In this document: positions 8,422 through 18,124 of the stretch, in pieces
Layout of the letters: each line of letters opens with the position of its first letter
Numbering within the stretch: the first letter of the stretch is position 1
Source of the DNA: Candidatus Borkfalkia faecavium
GTDB taxonomy: Bacteria; Bacillota; Clostridia; Christensenellales; Borkfalkiaceae
DNA: 64,000 bases
Direction: 5' to 3'
Assembly: GCA_019114755.1 (NCBI GenBank)
Contig: DXEW01000029.1
Coordinates: 48,443 to 112,442, forward strand
Notes under the pieces: model-generated
The model's input: the letters and a program-made list of their open reading frames with translations, nothing else
Database searches by the model: none
What the model was told of the DNA's origin: nothing
Position numbers and translations under genes: made by a program

Positions 8422-10795
8422 GGCGTTCACCTCCGATGACGGCGAGCTCTTTGAGCGCGCGCGTGTATGCAATGTATTTTTCCTGCCGCGTCATGCGCGC
8501 ATCGGCGACGGCGACGCAGGTAAATTCCAACCCCTTCGACTCGTACACGGTCATCAGATTGATCTTGGTCTTGGACAGTCTGCCCGTATCGCGCAACACG
8601 TTATAGCTCTTGCGGCGGTAAGTTTCCAGCTCCCCTTCGGAGACGATGACCGCCTTCAAGCCCTTTTTATCGCGGAAGAAGGCGTTGACGCCGCGCACGC
8701 CGATATGCGCCACCTCCGGCCCGTCAAAGCCGATGGGCTGCATATCGATATCAAGTTCCCGCGCCACAAAGGAGACGATCTGGTTGGTGTTGCGGTAGTT
8801 CTGTTCGAGGGTGAACACTTCCCCCGCCGCCACCTTATCCCAATCGGTGAGGCCGCGGAAGCGGGTGATATTCTGGGCGAGGTCGCCGTAGATATTGAAG
8901 GCGGCGTCTTCGTTCATCTGCCGCAGCAGGCGGTATTCGTTGGCGGAGATATCCTGCCCTTCGTCGATGAACACCAGCCCGTAGCGCGGCTGCAGGCGGG
9001 TGCCGAGCACGCCGAACAGCAGGCAGAGGGCGTACGGGTCGCTGCGCAGCAGCCCCTTGCCGATGCCGAATTTGTTCTTGACCCGCCGCACCGTTTCTCG
9101 GTAGAGGTAGCGGCACAGCTCGATGCGGGTGCCGCATTTGCCGATGCGCACGAAGTCCTGATTGCCGCGCAGCGCCTCGAACAGCTCGCAGAAGCGCTCG
9201 AAGGCGGCGGAGATCTCGCGCACGATGCCTGCGGCCTTGTCCGCCTCCGCCATCAGCTGCTCGCGGTGGCGGATGCGCTCGGGGTAGGTCTCCGTCTCCA
9301 CGCCCCCGCGCACGATCTTATAACGGCGCAGATCGAGGATCTCTTTGGCGAGCACCTCTTTGAGGGCGGCGATGTCTTCCAGCGCCTGCGCCGAAACGCG
9401 CGCGTGCATGTGCGAAATGTATGTGCCCGCGCGGTAAAAGGAGAGCAGCCTGCCGTAGAAAAAGCTCTGGTTGCGGATGCGCTCGCCGTGCAGGTCGGAG
9501 GTGAGGAACTCTTCGGCGGCGGTCACCTCGTTCATGAGGCTGCGGAAGGGCTTGGTGTAATACAGCCCCCCTTCCGGCCGCTCTTTGATCTCGCCCAAAA
9601 CGGCGCGGCGCAGCCGCTGGCCCGCGTTTTTAATGACGGCAAACAGCTCCAGCTGCCTGCGGCAGTCCGCCGCGCACGCCTCCGCCACGCCGCGGCATTC
9701 TTCCCCCAAAAACATGCCGAGGATGCCGTCGTAAATTTTGCCGAGCTTCTTTTCCACGTCGGCGTAAAATTTTTCCGAATAGATATATTCGAGGTACGCC
9801 TGCGGGACGGGGATGGAATCGTCTATCGCCGCGGCGATGTCGATGCCCTCGTTCTGCAACAGCTGCAAAAAGTATTCGTCTATCTTTTTGGTCTTGACCT
9901 TTTCCAGCTCCAATACCTGCGACAGCTCGTCGATGAAGGCGTTGAAGGAGTCGCTGGGGGTCAGAACAAGCACGTCGGAGGGCTTTAAGCTCTCGTTGTT
10001 GTACATGAGGAAGCTCAGGCGGTGGAGCATGATCATCGTCTTGCCGCTGCCCGCGCAGCCCTGCAGCACGAAGCTCTCGCGCTCGGGGCGGGTGATGATG
10101 TCGTACTGCTTTTCCTGAATGGTCTCGATGATGTCTGAGATCTCGGACTGCTCTTTGCGCGAGCGCAGGATCTCTTTTAAGTACGGGTCGAAGATGATCT
10201 CTTCATCCCTGCCCGCGATCTCTTCTTTGGTCAGATAGTCGCGCAGGCTGAGATATTCGTTTTTGAAGTCGATGAGCCTGCCGTTGTGGGTGCGCAGCGC
10301 CCGGCGCAGGATCTGCTTGTAGTGATAGTCGTTGATGGAAAACAGGATCTGGCTCTTTTGATAGTACTTGCGCGCCAGCGGCGCACGCCAGTCTACGATC
10401 TCTAAATTGATGTCTCCCTTTTTGCCGATGTAATAGCTGTTGTAGCCCTCTTTGTCGTCGAACAGGTCCATGCGGGCGAAATACGGCTCGACGAAAAAGC
10501 CCTTGTAGCCCTCGATCTCTTCGCGGCAGCGGCGGATCTCGGCGTTGCAGCCGATGACGGCGCGGTAATTTTCCGCCGAAAAATCTTCCGCGCGCAGCCG
10601 CGCCGCCTCTGCGGCCGACTCTTTGATCTTGCGCTTGAGCTTATCGATATAATAGACCTTCAAAAGCGCCATCACCGCCTGCACGCGCTGTTGCTCGAAG
10701 GCGCGCTGCTTGTCTTCGTCCAACAGGTCCAAAAAGAACTGCTTATCCGGCTGTTTATGGCTCTTGATCAATTCCCTCATTTCTTCTATCGTCAT
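8414..10795 (-). CDS. HelD-like SF1 ATPase/helicase
   Basis: EPYFARMD, YYIGK, IVDWRAPLA, IIETIQEKQYDII, QGCAGSGKT, LHRLSFLMY, FIDEGQD, YGDLAQ, NYRNT, ESKGLEF, YIAYTRA. Confidence 0.75.
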   Translation of the reverse strand: MTIEEMRELIKSHKQPDKQFFLDLLDEDKQRAFEQQRVQAVMALLKVYYIDKLKRKIKESAAEAARLRAEDFSAENYRAVIGCNAEIRRCREEIEGYKGFFVEPYFARMDLFDDKEGYNSYYIGKKGDINLEIVDWRAPLARKYYQKSQILFSINDYHYKQILRRALRTHNGRLIDFKNEYLSLRDYLTKEEIAGRDEEIIFDPYLKEILRSRKEQSEISDIIETIQEKQYDIITRPERESFVLQGCAGSGKTMIMLHRLSFLMYNNESLKPSDVLVLTPSDSFNAFIDELSQVLELEKVKTKKIDEYFLQLLQNEGIDIAAAIDDSIPVPQAYLEYIYSEKFYADVEKKLGKIYDGILGMFLGEECRGVAEACAADCRRQLELFAVIKNAGQRLRRAVLGEIKERPEGGLYYTKPFRSLMNEVTAAEEFLTSDLHGERIRNQSFFYGRLLSFYRAGTYISHMHARVSAQALEDIAALKEVLAKEILDLRRYKIVRGGVETETYPERIRHREQLMAEADKAAGIVREISAAFERFCELFEALRGNQDFVRIGKCGTRIELCRYLYRETVRRVKNKFGIGKGLLRSDPYALCLLFGVLGTRLQPRYGLVFIDEGQDISANEYRLLRQMNEDAAFNIYGDLAQNITRFRGLTDWDKVAAGEVFTLEQNYRNTNQIVSFVARELDIDMQPIGFDGPEVAHIGVRGVNAFFRDKKGLKAVIVSEGELETYRRKSYNVLRDTGRLSKTKINLMTVYESKGLEFTCVAVADARMTRQEKYIAYTRALKELAVIGGERRD

Positions 10796-10873
10796 AGCGC
10801 ACCGCCTTATCATTCTAACTTTTCCTGCTCGCCGCAGGGTAAAAAGCCATCACCTTAGTATACCATATATTTC

Positions 10874-10915
10874 AAAAAAAAGAAATACCTTTGCGCAAAT
10901 TTTGCAAAGGTATTT
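10874..10915 (-). terminator. Intrinsic terminator after the GMP synthase paralog
   Basis: 12-bp inverted repeat AAATACCTTTGC/GCAAAGGTATTT followed by a T8 tract on the minus strand. Confidence 0.65.
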
Positions 10916-10989
10916 TCAAATTGGCAAAAATATTTTATTTTGTCCGATGATTTATTTTTAAGGAAAGTATTTTTGTACGCAGATGCCGC

Positions 10990-11970
10990 TTACTCCCACT
11001 CGATGGTGCCGCAGGGCTTGGGGGTGAGGTCGTACAGCACGCGGTTGACGCCCGCCACCTCTTTGGTGATGCGGTCGGTGATGTGCTGCAAAAGGGCGAA
11101 GGGAATATCTTCCACCGTGGCGGTCATGGCGTCTTTGGTGTTGACGGCGCGGATGATGACGGGATATTCAAAGGTGCGCAGCCCCCCTTTCACGCCCACA
11201 GACTTGAAGTCGGGCACGACGGTGAAGTACTGCCACACCTTGCCTTCCAGCCCGTTTTTGGCAAACTCTTCGCGCAGGATGGCGTCCGACTCGCGCACGC
11301 ACTCGAGGCGCTCGCGGGTGATGGCACCCAGGCAGCGCACGCCCAGGCCGGGGCCGGGGAAGGGCTGGCGGTAGACCATGGAGTCGGGCAGGCCGAGCGC
11401 CTTGCCGACCACGCGCACTTCGTCTTTATACAAAAATTTCAGCGGTTCGACCAGTTCAAATTGCAGGTCGTCGGGCAGGCCGCCGACGTTGTGGTGCGCC
11501 TTGACGGGGCCGCTTTCCAAGATGTCGGGATAGATGGTGCCCTGCGCCAAAAACTCGATGCCGTCCTGCTTGCGGGCTTCCTCTTCGAACACGCGGATGA
11601 ACTCGGCGCCGATGATCTTGCGCTTGCGTTCCGGCTCGGCAACGCCCGCCAGCTTATCCAAAAAGCGATCTACCGCGTCGACGTAGACGAGGTTAGCGTT
11701 CATCTGATCGCGGAACACCGCCACTACCTGTTCGGGCTCGCCCTTGCGCAGCAGTCCGTGGTTGACGTGCACGCAGACGAGGTTTTTGCCGATCGCCTTG
11801 ATCAGCAGCGCCGCCACCACGGACGAATCGACCCCGCCGGAGAGCGCCAGCAGCACCTTTTTGCTGCCTACCTGCGCCTTGACCGCCTCTACCTGTTCGG
11901 CGATGAAGCGTTCTGCCTGTTCCTGCGTCTGAATGCGCGCCATATCATCGGGGCGCTTGTTGTTTTCCAT
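10990..11970 (-). CDS. GMP synthase ATP-pyrophosphatase/C-terminal-only paralog (no glutamine amidotransferase domain)
   Basis: [50 protein letters not shown]; 326 aa, lacking the N-terminal GATase domain present in 48034-49566. Confidence 0.9.
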   Translation of the reverse strand: MENNKRPDDMARIQTQEQAERFIAEQVEAVKAQVGSKKVLLALSGGVDSSVVAALLIKAIGKNLVCVHVNHGLLRKGEPEQVVAVFRDQMNANLVYVDAVDRFLDKLAGVAEPERKRKIIGAEFIRVFEEEARKQDGIEFLAQGTIYPDILESGPVKAHHNVGGLPDDLQFELVEPLKFLYKDEVRVVGKALGLPDSMVYRQPFPGPGLGVRCLGAITRERLECVRESDAILREEFAKNGLEGKVWQYFTVVPDFKSVGVKGGLRTFEYPVIIRAVNTKDAMTATVEDIPFALLQHITDRITKEVAGVNRVLYDLTPKPCGTIEWE

Positions 11971-12080
11971 CTGACTGTATCCTCCTCGCGGCAGGCGCTC
12001 GCCCGCCTTGCATTTTTCCTATTATAACACAAATCGCCGCAAAAGGAAAACGATTTGCAAAACTTCTTTGCCGCGGCATA

Positions 12081-12270
12081 AAAATGCCCCCAGCCGCGCA
12101 ATACCCGCCGCAGCGCAAAGACTGCTAAAAGCACGAAAATGCCCGCCGTGCAGGTTCGAACGCGGTGCGGGGCTTGCCATGGGCGCGAAAATGCCCCCGC
12201 CGTGCAATACCCGCCGCGGCGCGGAGACCTCCATGGGCGCGAAAATGCCCGCACCGTGCGGTGCGGGCAG
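12081..12270. repeat. Degenerate ~54-bp tandem repeat (4 units)
   Basis: AAAATGCCC core at 12081, 12136, 12188, 12242; CCATGGGCGCGAAAATGCCC in two units. Confidence 0.7.
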
Positions 12271-12282
12271 ACGCTCAAATTG

Positions 12283-14535
12283 TTATCCCTGTGCAGACGC
12301 CAGCGCCAGCAGGTCTGCATACCTGTCTTCGTGCTTGACGACCGCGCCTTCCGTTTCCAGCATGGTCAGAAGTTCGCTCTGGCGGTCGCTGACGTAGTCG
12401 CTGACCACTTCGCCCTTCTTCGCCTGGTAGTAGTAGTACGAGAAGGTGCCCTCCTGCGTGCGCAGGGCGTAGTCGAACCCGCCGTCATACGTCGTGCCGC
12501 CCGTGTAGACGAAGCTGACGTAGATGATATGCCAGCCGTAATCGGTGGCCACCACCGCGTACGAACCGGCGCCGCCGTTGGTGATGATGTCCTGCGCGGC
12601 GTATTCAAATTCCGCCACATACGAAGTAGCCGTCTCGATGGAATCGATGGAATAGCCGAAGTAGGTGTTCAGGCAGGCCGTATCGGTGGTATAGGCGAAC
12701 ATCAGCTCGTTGAAGGCGGAGAGCGCCTTGTAGGAAACGCTGTCTTTGGTCAGATAGTCGGAAGCGGGAACATTCGCGACGCCCGCGACGCTGCCCTTAT
12801 AATAGACGGAAGCGCTGTAATCGATGGCGTTGTCTTCATCGAGGAAGTCTGCGGGGGTGACGTTGTAATACGCATCGCCGCTCGCCGCATCCCAGCGGCC
12901 GTTGCCGGCGTAGTAGCCGCCGCTTGCCGCATCCGAACCGACGACGAAGCCGATGTAGCTTTCCATCTCGTCGATGAAGTCGTCGATGCGCAGCTTGTTC
13001 GCGGTCAGGCGGTAAGTGCCGTCTTCACGCTCTTCCACCTTGCCGTTGTAGGGATACATGCCCGCGTAGCGGTCGATGCCCTCGCCGGAGGTGATATAGC
13101 TGTCGCGGAAGAACAGGTGATCGCTGCCGCCCGCGGTGTAATAGTCGCTGTAGTCCTCTTCTTCGGCGCTGAAGCTGTAATCGGTGGCGCCGTTGAACCA
13201 GGAAGAACGCTGGTCGGTCGCCTCGATGCTGTAGAACAGCTCTTTATCGCTCTGGCGCGCCGCGAGGTATTCCTTGGTGCCCTCGCCGTAGCGGGTGCTC
13301 ACCTCGTCCAGCACGAGGTTCTGGTCGGCGCTGAACGGGAGCAGGATGTTATATACGAAGCCGTACGTCCTGTTTTCGGGGGAATAAAGGATGAAGGAAG
13401 TATCGGATACGTCGTCCATGGTAGAGACAAAGTCGCTCTGCGAGGTGACCTGCTGCTGGCGAAGCTCAGTGTCGTAGGCGTATTCGAGCGCCTCTTCCTG
13501 CATCGCGTCCGTCATGTTGAGGCTGAGCGTGGCGGAGAACTTGGAGATCAGCTGCTGTTCGAGCTGCGTCCTGCGCTCGACGGCGTAATAGGAAAGGGTG
13601 TGCACGTCGGTCACGTCGCGCTCGTCCTCTTCGATGAGGTAGTTGGAGCGCAGCGAGTTGATAAAGCGCGCATACGCCCAGGTGCGGGTGTACACGGTGG
13701 AGCCTTCCAAGGGCTCGTATTCGCCGCATTCGGTGACGCTGTTGAAGCCGGTATATACGTCGTAGTCGATGACCTTCTGCCCGTTTTCGGTGCGGGAAGG
13801 ATAATAGGTCTCCGTCATCGAATTCGCGCCCGTGGGCGTGGTGCGGTCGGAAGAAGAATCGGTGGTCTCGTCTTCCGTCTGCGAAGAGATGATGCTCTCT
13901 TCATAGGAATCGATGGTCTGGTTGATGGACATGCGGACGATATATTCGGCGTAGTTGATCTCCTCTTCGGTGAGGAGATACTCGAAGCCCGCGTTGGCGG
14001 CCTCCGTGGGATCCTCTGCCGAGATCGCCGACAGGTAGCCGCTGAGGCTGACCTCTTTGTTCATGCGCAGCCCGTCGGTGCCGGCAACTTCGGTATAGCC
14101 GGCGGAAGAGCCGATGTTGTCGCGGTCGACGACCACTTCGCCCTCGCTCAGGTAATACAGCGTCGCGAACTGCGACACCATCTTGCGGTCTGCCAGCGCA
14201 TCGAGCAGCAGCTCGAAGGTATCGGCATACGAATAGCCCGCCGAAACGTAGCTGTAGCCGTAGGTGATGAAGTAGGCGATGAGGTCGCGCTTGTAGATCT
14301 CGTCGGTGGAGAGGATGTCGTCGACGGAGGAAGACACCTCGCCGCTGACGGAAGCGCCCATCGTTTCAAACGCGGCGGACAGTGCCTCCGCGTCGCTGCC
14401 GACGTTGACTTCGGCGATCACCTGTTCCATATCCTTCCTGTTATCGGTAGCCACGAGTTCGCAGCCGGCCATCAGGCCGAGCGAAAAGGCGACCGCCAAC
14501 AGGACACTGACCAATTTGATGATTTTCTTCTTCAT
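12283..14535 (-). CDS. Large acidic lipoprotein with a C-terminal parvulin/PrsA-like motif
   Basis: MKKKIIKLVSVLLAVAFSLGLMAG-C lipobox; YNILLPF and YVAEFEYAA...VATDYGWHIIYV resemble a parvulin PPIase; lies downstream of mfd like prsA in Clostridia. Confidence 0.6.
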   Translation of the reverse strand: MKKKIIKLVSVLLAVAFSLGLMAGCELVATDNRKDMEQVIAEVNVGSDAEALSAAFETMGASVSGEVSSSVDDILSTDEIYKRDLIAYFITYGYSYVSAGYSYADTFELLLDALADRKMVSQFATLYYLSEGEVVVDRDNIGSSAGYTEVAGTDGLRMNKEVSLSGYLSAISAEDPTEAANAGFEYLLTEEEINYAEYIVRMSINQTIDSYEESIISSQTEDETTDSSSDRTTPTGANSMTETYYPSRTENGQKVIDYDVYTGFNSVTECGEYEPLEGSTVYTRTWAYARFINSLRSNYLIEEDERDVTDVHTLSYYAVERRTQLEQQLISKFSATLSLNMTDAMQEEALEYAYDTELRQQQVTSQSDFVSTMDDVSDTSFILYSPENRTYGFVYNILLPFSADQNLVLDEVSTRYGEGTKEYLAARQSDKELFYSIEATDQRSSWFNGATDYSFSAEEEDYSDYYTAGGSDHLFFRDSYITSGEGIDRYAGMYPYNGKVEEREDGTYRLTANKLRIDDFIDEMESYIGFVVGSDAASGGYYAGNGRWDAASGDAYYNVTPADFLDEDNAIDYSASVYYKGSVAGVANVPASDYLTKDSVSYKALSAFNELMFAYTTDTACLNTYFGYSIDSIETATSYVAEFEYAAQDIITNGGAGSYAVVATDYGWHIIYVSFVYTGGTTYDGGFDYALRTQEGTFSYYYYQAKKGEVVSDYVSDRQSELLTMLETEGAVVKHEDRYADLLALASAQG

Positions 14536-14657
14536 AATCGAATCGTTCAAAGTTCCTTGTTAGAATCGCAATATAACTAATTATATATTATTTACGCAAG
14601 AAAAGCAAACGTATTTTTATGAAAAACACGTTAAAATCATGAAAAATTACCCGCCGC

Positions 14658-17600
14658 CTAAGCAGCCGCCGCGTTTTCGGCGTATTTGAGGAATTTCGTC
14701 ATTTCCAGCATGACCTTCTGCGCGTCTTTGCCGCCCGCAAACTCGAGGGCGGGCGTCTTGGACATATCCAGCCGCACGAGGGAGCCGTATTTGTCCAGCG
14801 CGGCGCGCAGGCGCGGGTCCGCAAGGCTTTGCAGGGAAGAAAGCTCTGCCCTGCCGCCCTTGGCGGAGACGGCGATCTTGCGGATGTTGAACTTGGCGGC
14901 GTACGCCTTCAACACGGCGATGACCAGAAGGTTGAGCACTTCCGGCGGCACCTTGCCGTAAATTTCTTCCATCGACAGGCAGACGCGGCGGTAGTCGGCG
15001 ACGGTGCGGATCTCGGCGATCTGCTTGTAGCAGTCCAGCCGCGAGGCGCTCGCCTCGATGTACGACTCGGGGATGTAGGCGTCCGCCTTGATGTCCAGCT
15101 CCGCCACCGTCTGCTCTTCGCCCGTCAGCTCCTCTTTCAAAAGTTTTGCGTACAGCTCGTAGCCGACTTTATCCATATGCCCGTGCTGTTCCCGCCCCAA
15201 AACGCTGCCGGCGCCGCGGATCTCCAGATCGCGCATGGCAATTTTGAAGCCGGAGCCCAGTTCCGTAAACTCCATGATCGCCTGCAGCCGCTTTGCCGCC
15301 GTCTCCGTCATCACCTTTTCGGGCTTGAAGGTGAAATAGGCGTGCGCCAGCACCGAGCCGCGCCCCACTCTCCCCCGCAGCTGGTACAGCTGCGAGATGC
15401 CGAGGCGGTCGGCGTCGATGACGATGAGGGTGTTGGCCTTGGGCAGGTCGATGCCGTTTTCGATGATGGTGGTAGAGACGAGGATGTTGGTCTCTCCCCT
15501 GTAAAAGCCGAGGATGCCGTTTTCCAGCACCGCCTTGTCCATCCGCCCGTGCGCCACGCAGATCTTGCCCTCGGGCACGATCTGTTCCAGCTTGGCGGCG
15601 AAAGAATAGATGCTCTCCACGCGGTTGTACAGCACGAACACCTGCCCGCCCCGCGCCAGCTCGCGCACGCAGGCGTCGCGGATGAGCGTTTCCGTCTCCT
15701 CCACCACATACGTCTGCACGGGCAGGCGGTTGGTGGGCGGCGTTTCTATGGTGCTGATGTCGCGGATGCCGGAAAGGGACATGTGCAGCGTGCGCGGGAT
15801 GGGCGTCGCCGTCATGGTCAGGCAGTCTACGTCCGTCTTCATGTTCTTGATCTTTTCTTTATGTTCGACGCCGAAGCGCTGCTCTTCGTCCAAGATGAGA
15901 AGCCCTAAGTCGCGGAACTTGACGTCGGAAGAGAGAAGGCGGTGGGTGCCGACGATGAGGTCGATCTCTCCCCTTGCCAGGCGGGCGAGGATCTTGTCCT
16001 GCTCGCGCGGCGATCTGAAGCGGTTGAGCGCCTCTACGTTGACGCCGAAATCGGCAAAGCGCTTTTTCGCCGTTTCAAAGTGCTGCTGGCAGAGGATGGT
16101 GTTGGGGCACATGAGCGCCGCCTGTTTGCCGTTGAGGGCGCACAGGTAGGCGGCGCGGAAGGCGACTTCCGTCTTGCCGTAGCCGACGTCGCCGCACAGC
16201 AGCCTGTCCATCACCTTTTTGGAACACATGTCCGCCGTGATCTCGGCGATGGACGAGAGCTGGTCGGGCGTCTCTTCGTAGTCGAACCCCGCCGCGAACT
16301 CCGCCATCAGCTCGTCGTACGGCTGAAATTCGAAGCCGCGCTTTTCCGCCCGCTCGGCGTACAGCTTTTTCAGGTCGAACGCCATCGCCTTCAGCGAGGC
16401 GCGCACCCGCTGCTTGACCTTTTCAAACTCCGCCCCGCCGATCTTGGAGAGGGAAGGTTTTTCTTCCCCCATATAACGGGAGAGGATATCCATCTGCTCG
16501 ACGGGCACATACAGCACGTCTCCCCCGCGGTATTCGAGGGCGATGTACTCCTTGGTGCCGTCCGTCGTCTCGATCATCTTGGTGCCGGTGATACGGCCGA
16601 CGCCGTGCGTCTCGTGCACGGCATAGTCGCCCACTTCGGGCGAGGTGAACATGTCGTTGCGGCGGCGACGGATGCGCTTTTTGACCACCGTCTTGGTGTA
16701 CAGGTCGCCCGTGCCGACGACGGCGAGCTTTTGTTCGTGCAGAATGATGCCGTGCTCCAGCTCTTCGGCGAGGATGGTGACGCCGTGCAGCTGTTCCAAC
16801 CCCTGCGGGCAGGGCTCGACGGGGATGTATTCGTCCGCGAACAGGTCCCGCAGCTTTTGGGCGCGGCTCTCGCTGCCGCACCAGATCATCACCCGGTAGC
16901 CGTTCGAACGCCAGCTCTTGACGTCGGTGACCAAATTCATCAGCCCGTTGAGGTACCTGCCCACGGGCGTGGCGTGCAGGTTGAATATCTGCAGGGGCTT
17001 GAAGAAATAGGTGGCGGAGGCGAACGCCTGCAGCGCCGCCGCCCGCACGCTTCCCAACAGCGCCCACAGCTCTTCTTTGCCGAGAAGTTGGTCTCGCCCG
17101 AAGGAGAACACCTCGCCGCCGCGGTGCAAAAGCGAAAAGCGCTCTTCGTGCTCTTTATACAGCGCCTCGACGCGGTCGCGGATGAGCTTGCACTCGTCGA
17201 ACACATATAAGGCGTCGCCGATGAAGCTCTTGAAATCGGCGGCGTTTTTGAGGAGGGGCATGAGGTAGGAAGCGCCCCCGAAGGCTGTCCCCTCGTCCAG
17301 CTTGGCGCCGATGTCGCCGGCGATGGCGCGGGCGCGGTCGTATGCGGCGGGGTCCTTCCAGGCGTCCAGCTCCGCCCCCATCGCGTCTTTGAGGGCGGGG
17401 ATCTCTTCCTCTTCGATGAACACGTCCGTCGCCGCCACCACGGAGAGGGCGGGGCGCAGGGGCAGGCGCTCGCCGGTGACGAAGTTATACGGCTTGATCT
17501 TTTCCACCGTGTCGCCGAAAAAATCGACGCGCACGGGGTCGTCTTCGTTGACGGGGAAGATGTCGAGGATGTCTCCGCGCAGGGCGAAGTTGCCCTTGGC

Positions 17601-18080
17601 GTCTACGCTCGCCGTGCGCACATACCCCATGCGCACCAGCCGCGCGGGGAGAGAGGCAAAGTCGACCTCTTCCCCTTCCTTCAATTCCAAAACGGGAACG
17701 CGGCGCGGGAACAGCTGCATGAGGCTTTCGATATCGCACACGGCGATGCGCACCCCCGCCTGCATGCGCGCGAGCGCCGTCATGCGGCGGAAGAGCGCGT
17801 CTTTGGAGAGGGCGTCTTTATACAGCAGCACCTCGTCTTTGGCGCAGAGAAGGGCGGGCTCTTCGCCCGCAAAGCCGGCGATCTCCGCCGCCATGCGCGC
17901 AGCGGACTGGGCGTTGTCGGTCACATATACGATGCGCCCGGGCAGGCAGGAGGCGGCGATGAGGGCGCGGTGCGGCTCGGCAACGCCAAAAACCGCCGTC
18001 GGCGTGCCGAGGCGGACAGTTTCGGACAGGGCGAGATAGTCGCCCCCCAAGTTGTGTGCATGGAAAAAATCGCGGGGCAT
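14658..18080 (-). CDS. mfd: Transcription-repair coupling factor
   Basis: RGDILDIFP, GDYAVHETHGVG, DRLLCGDVGYGKTEVA, DEEQRFGV, TATPIPRTL, QLRGRVGR, RDLEIRGAG. Confidence 0.97.
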   Translation of the reverse strand: MPRDFFHAHNLGGDYLALSETVRLGTPTAVFGVAEPHRALIAASCLPGRIVYVTDNAQSAARMAAEIAGFAGEEPALLCAKDEVLLYKDALSKDALFRRMTALARMQAGVRIAVCDIESLMQLFPRRVPVLELKEGEEVDFASLPARLVRMGYVRTASVDAKGNFALRGDILDIFPVNEDDPVRVDFFGDTVEKIKPYNFVTGERLPLRPALSVVAATDVFIEEEEIPALKDAMGAELDAWKDPAAYDRARAIAGDIGAKLDEGTAFGGASYLMPLLKNAADFKSFIGDALYVFDECKLIRDRVEALYKEHEERFSLLHRGGEVFSFGRDQLLGKEELWALLGSVRAAALQAFASATYFFKPLQIFNLHATPVGRYLNGLMNLVTDVKSWRSNGYRVMIWCGSESRAQKLRDLFADEYIPVEPCPQGLEQLHGVTILAEELEHGIILHEQKLAVVGTGDLYTKTVVKKRIRRRRNDMFTSPEVGDYAVHETHGVGRITGTKMIETTDGTKEYIALEYRGGDVLYVPVEQMDILSRYMGEEKPSLSKIGGAEFEKVKQRVRASLKAMAFDLKKLYAERAEKRGFEFQPYDELMAEFAAGFDYEETPDQLSSIAEITADMCSKKVMDRLLCGDVGYGKTEVAFRAAYLCALNGKQAALMCPNTILCQQHFETAKKRFADFGVNVEALNRFRSPREQDKILARLARGEIDLIVGTHRLLSSDVKFRDLGLLILDEEQRFGVEHKEKIKNMKTDVDCLTMTATPIPRTLHMSLSGIRDISTIETPPTNRLPVQTYVVEETETLIRDACVRELARGGQVFVLYNRVESIYSFAAKLEQIVPEGKICVAHGRMDKAVLENGILGFYRGETNILVSTTIIENGIDLPKANTLIVIDADRLGISQLYQLRGRVGRGSVLAHAYFTFKPEKVMTETAAKRLQAIMEFTELGSGFKIAMRDLEIRGAGSVLGREQHGHMDKVGYELYAKLLKEELTGEEQTVAELDIKADAYIPESYIEASASRLDCYKQIAEIRTVADYRRVCLSMEEIYGKVPPEVLNLLVIAVLKAYAAKFNIRKIAVSAKGGRAELSSLQSLADPRLRAALDKYGSLVRLDMSKTPALEFAGGKDAQKVMLEMTKFLKYAENAAAA

Positions 18081-18124
18081 GGATGCCTCCCCTTCGCCCG
18101 CCGTGCGGAAAACGCGCCGCGGCG

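Noticed and set aside
1713-11970. One four-gene defence operon (GMPS paralog, HelD-like, HAD, Hhe-like)
   Set aside because: Terminators at 10874-10915 and 7610-7636 and separate promoters split it into three units; host-like GC.
12081-12270. Possible CRISPR array
   Set aside because: Repeats are degenerate, 'spacers' repeat in alternation, and no cas genes are present in the window.
12139-14580. Long plus-strand ORFs antisense to real genes (e.g. 12139-14580, 3255-4733, 8384-9988, 49636-51285, 52977-54428) and minus-strand 27839-29776
   Set aside because: Shadow ORFs caused by high GC3 codon bias; no motifs, and they fully overlap well-supported genes on the opposite strand.
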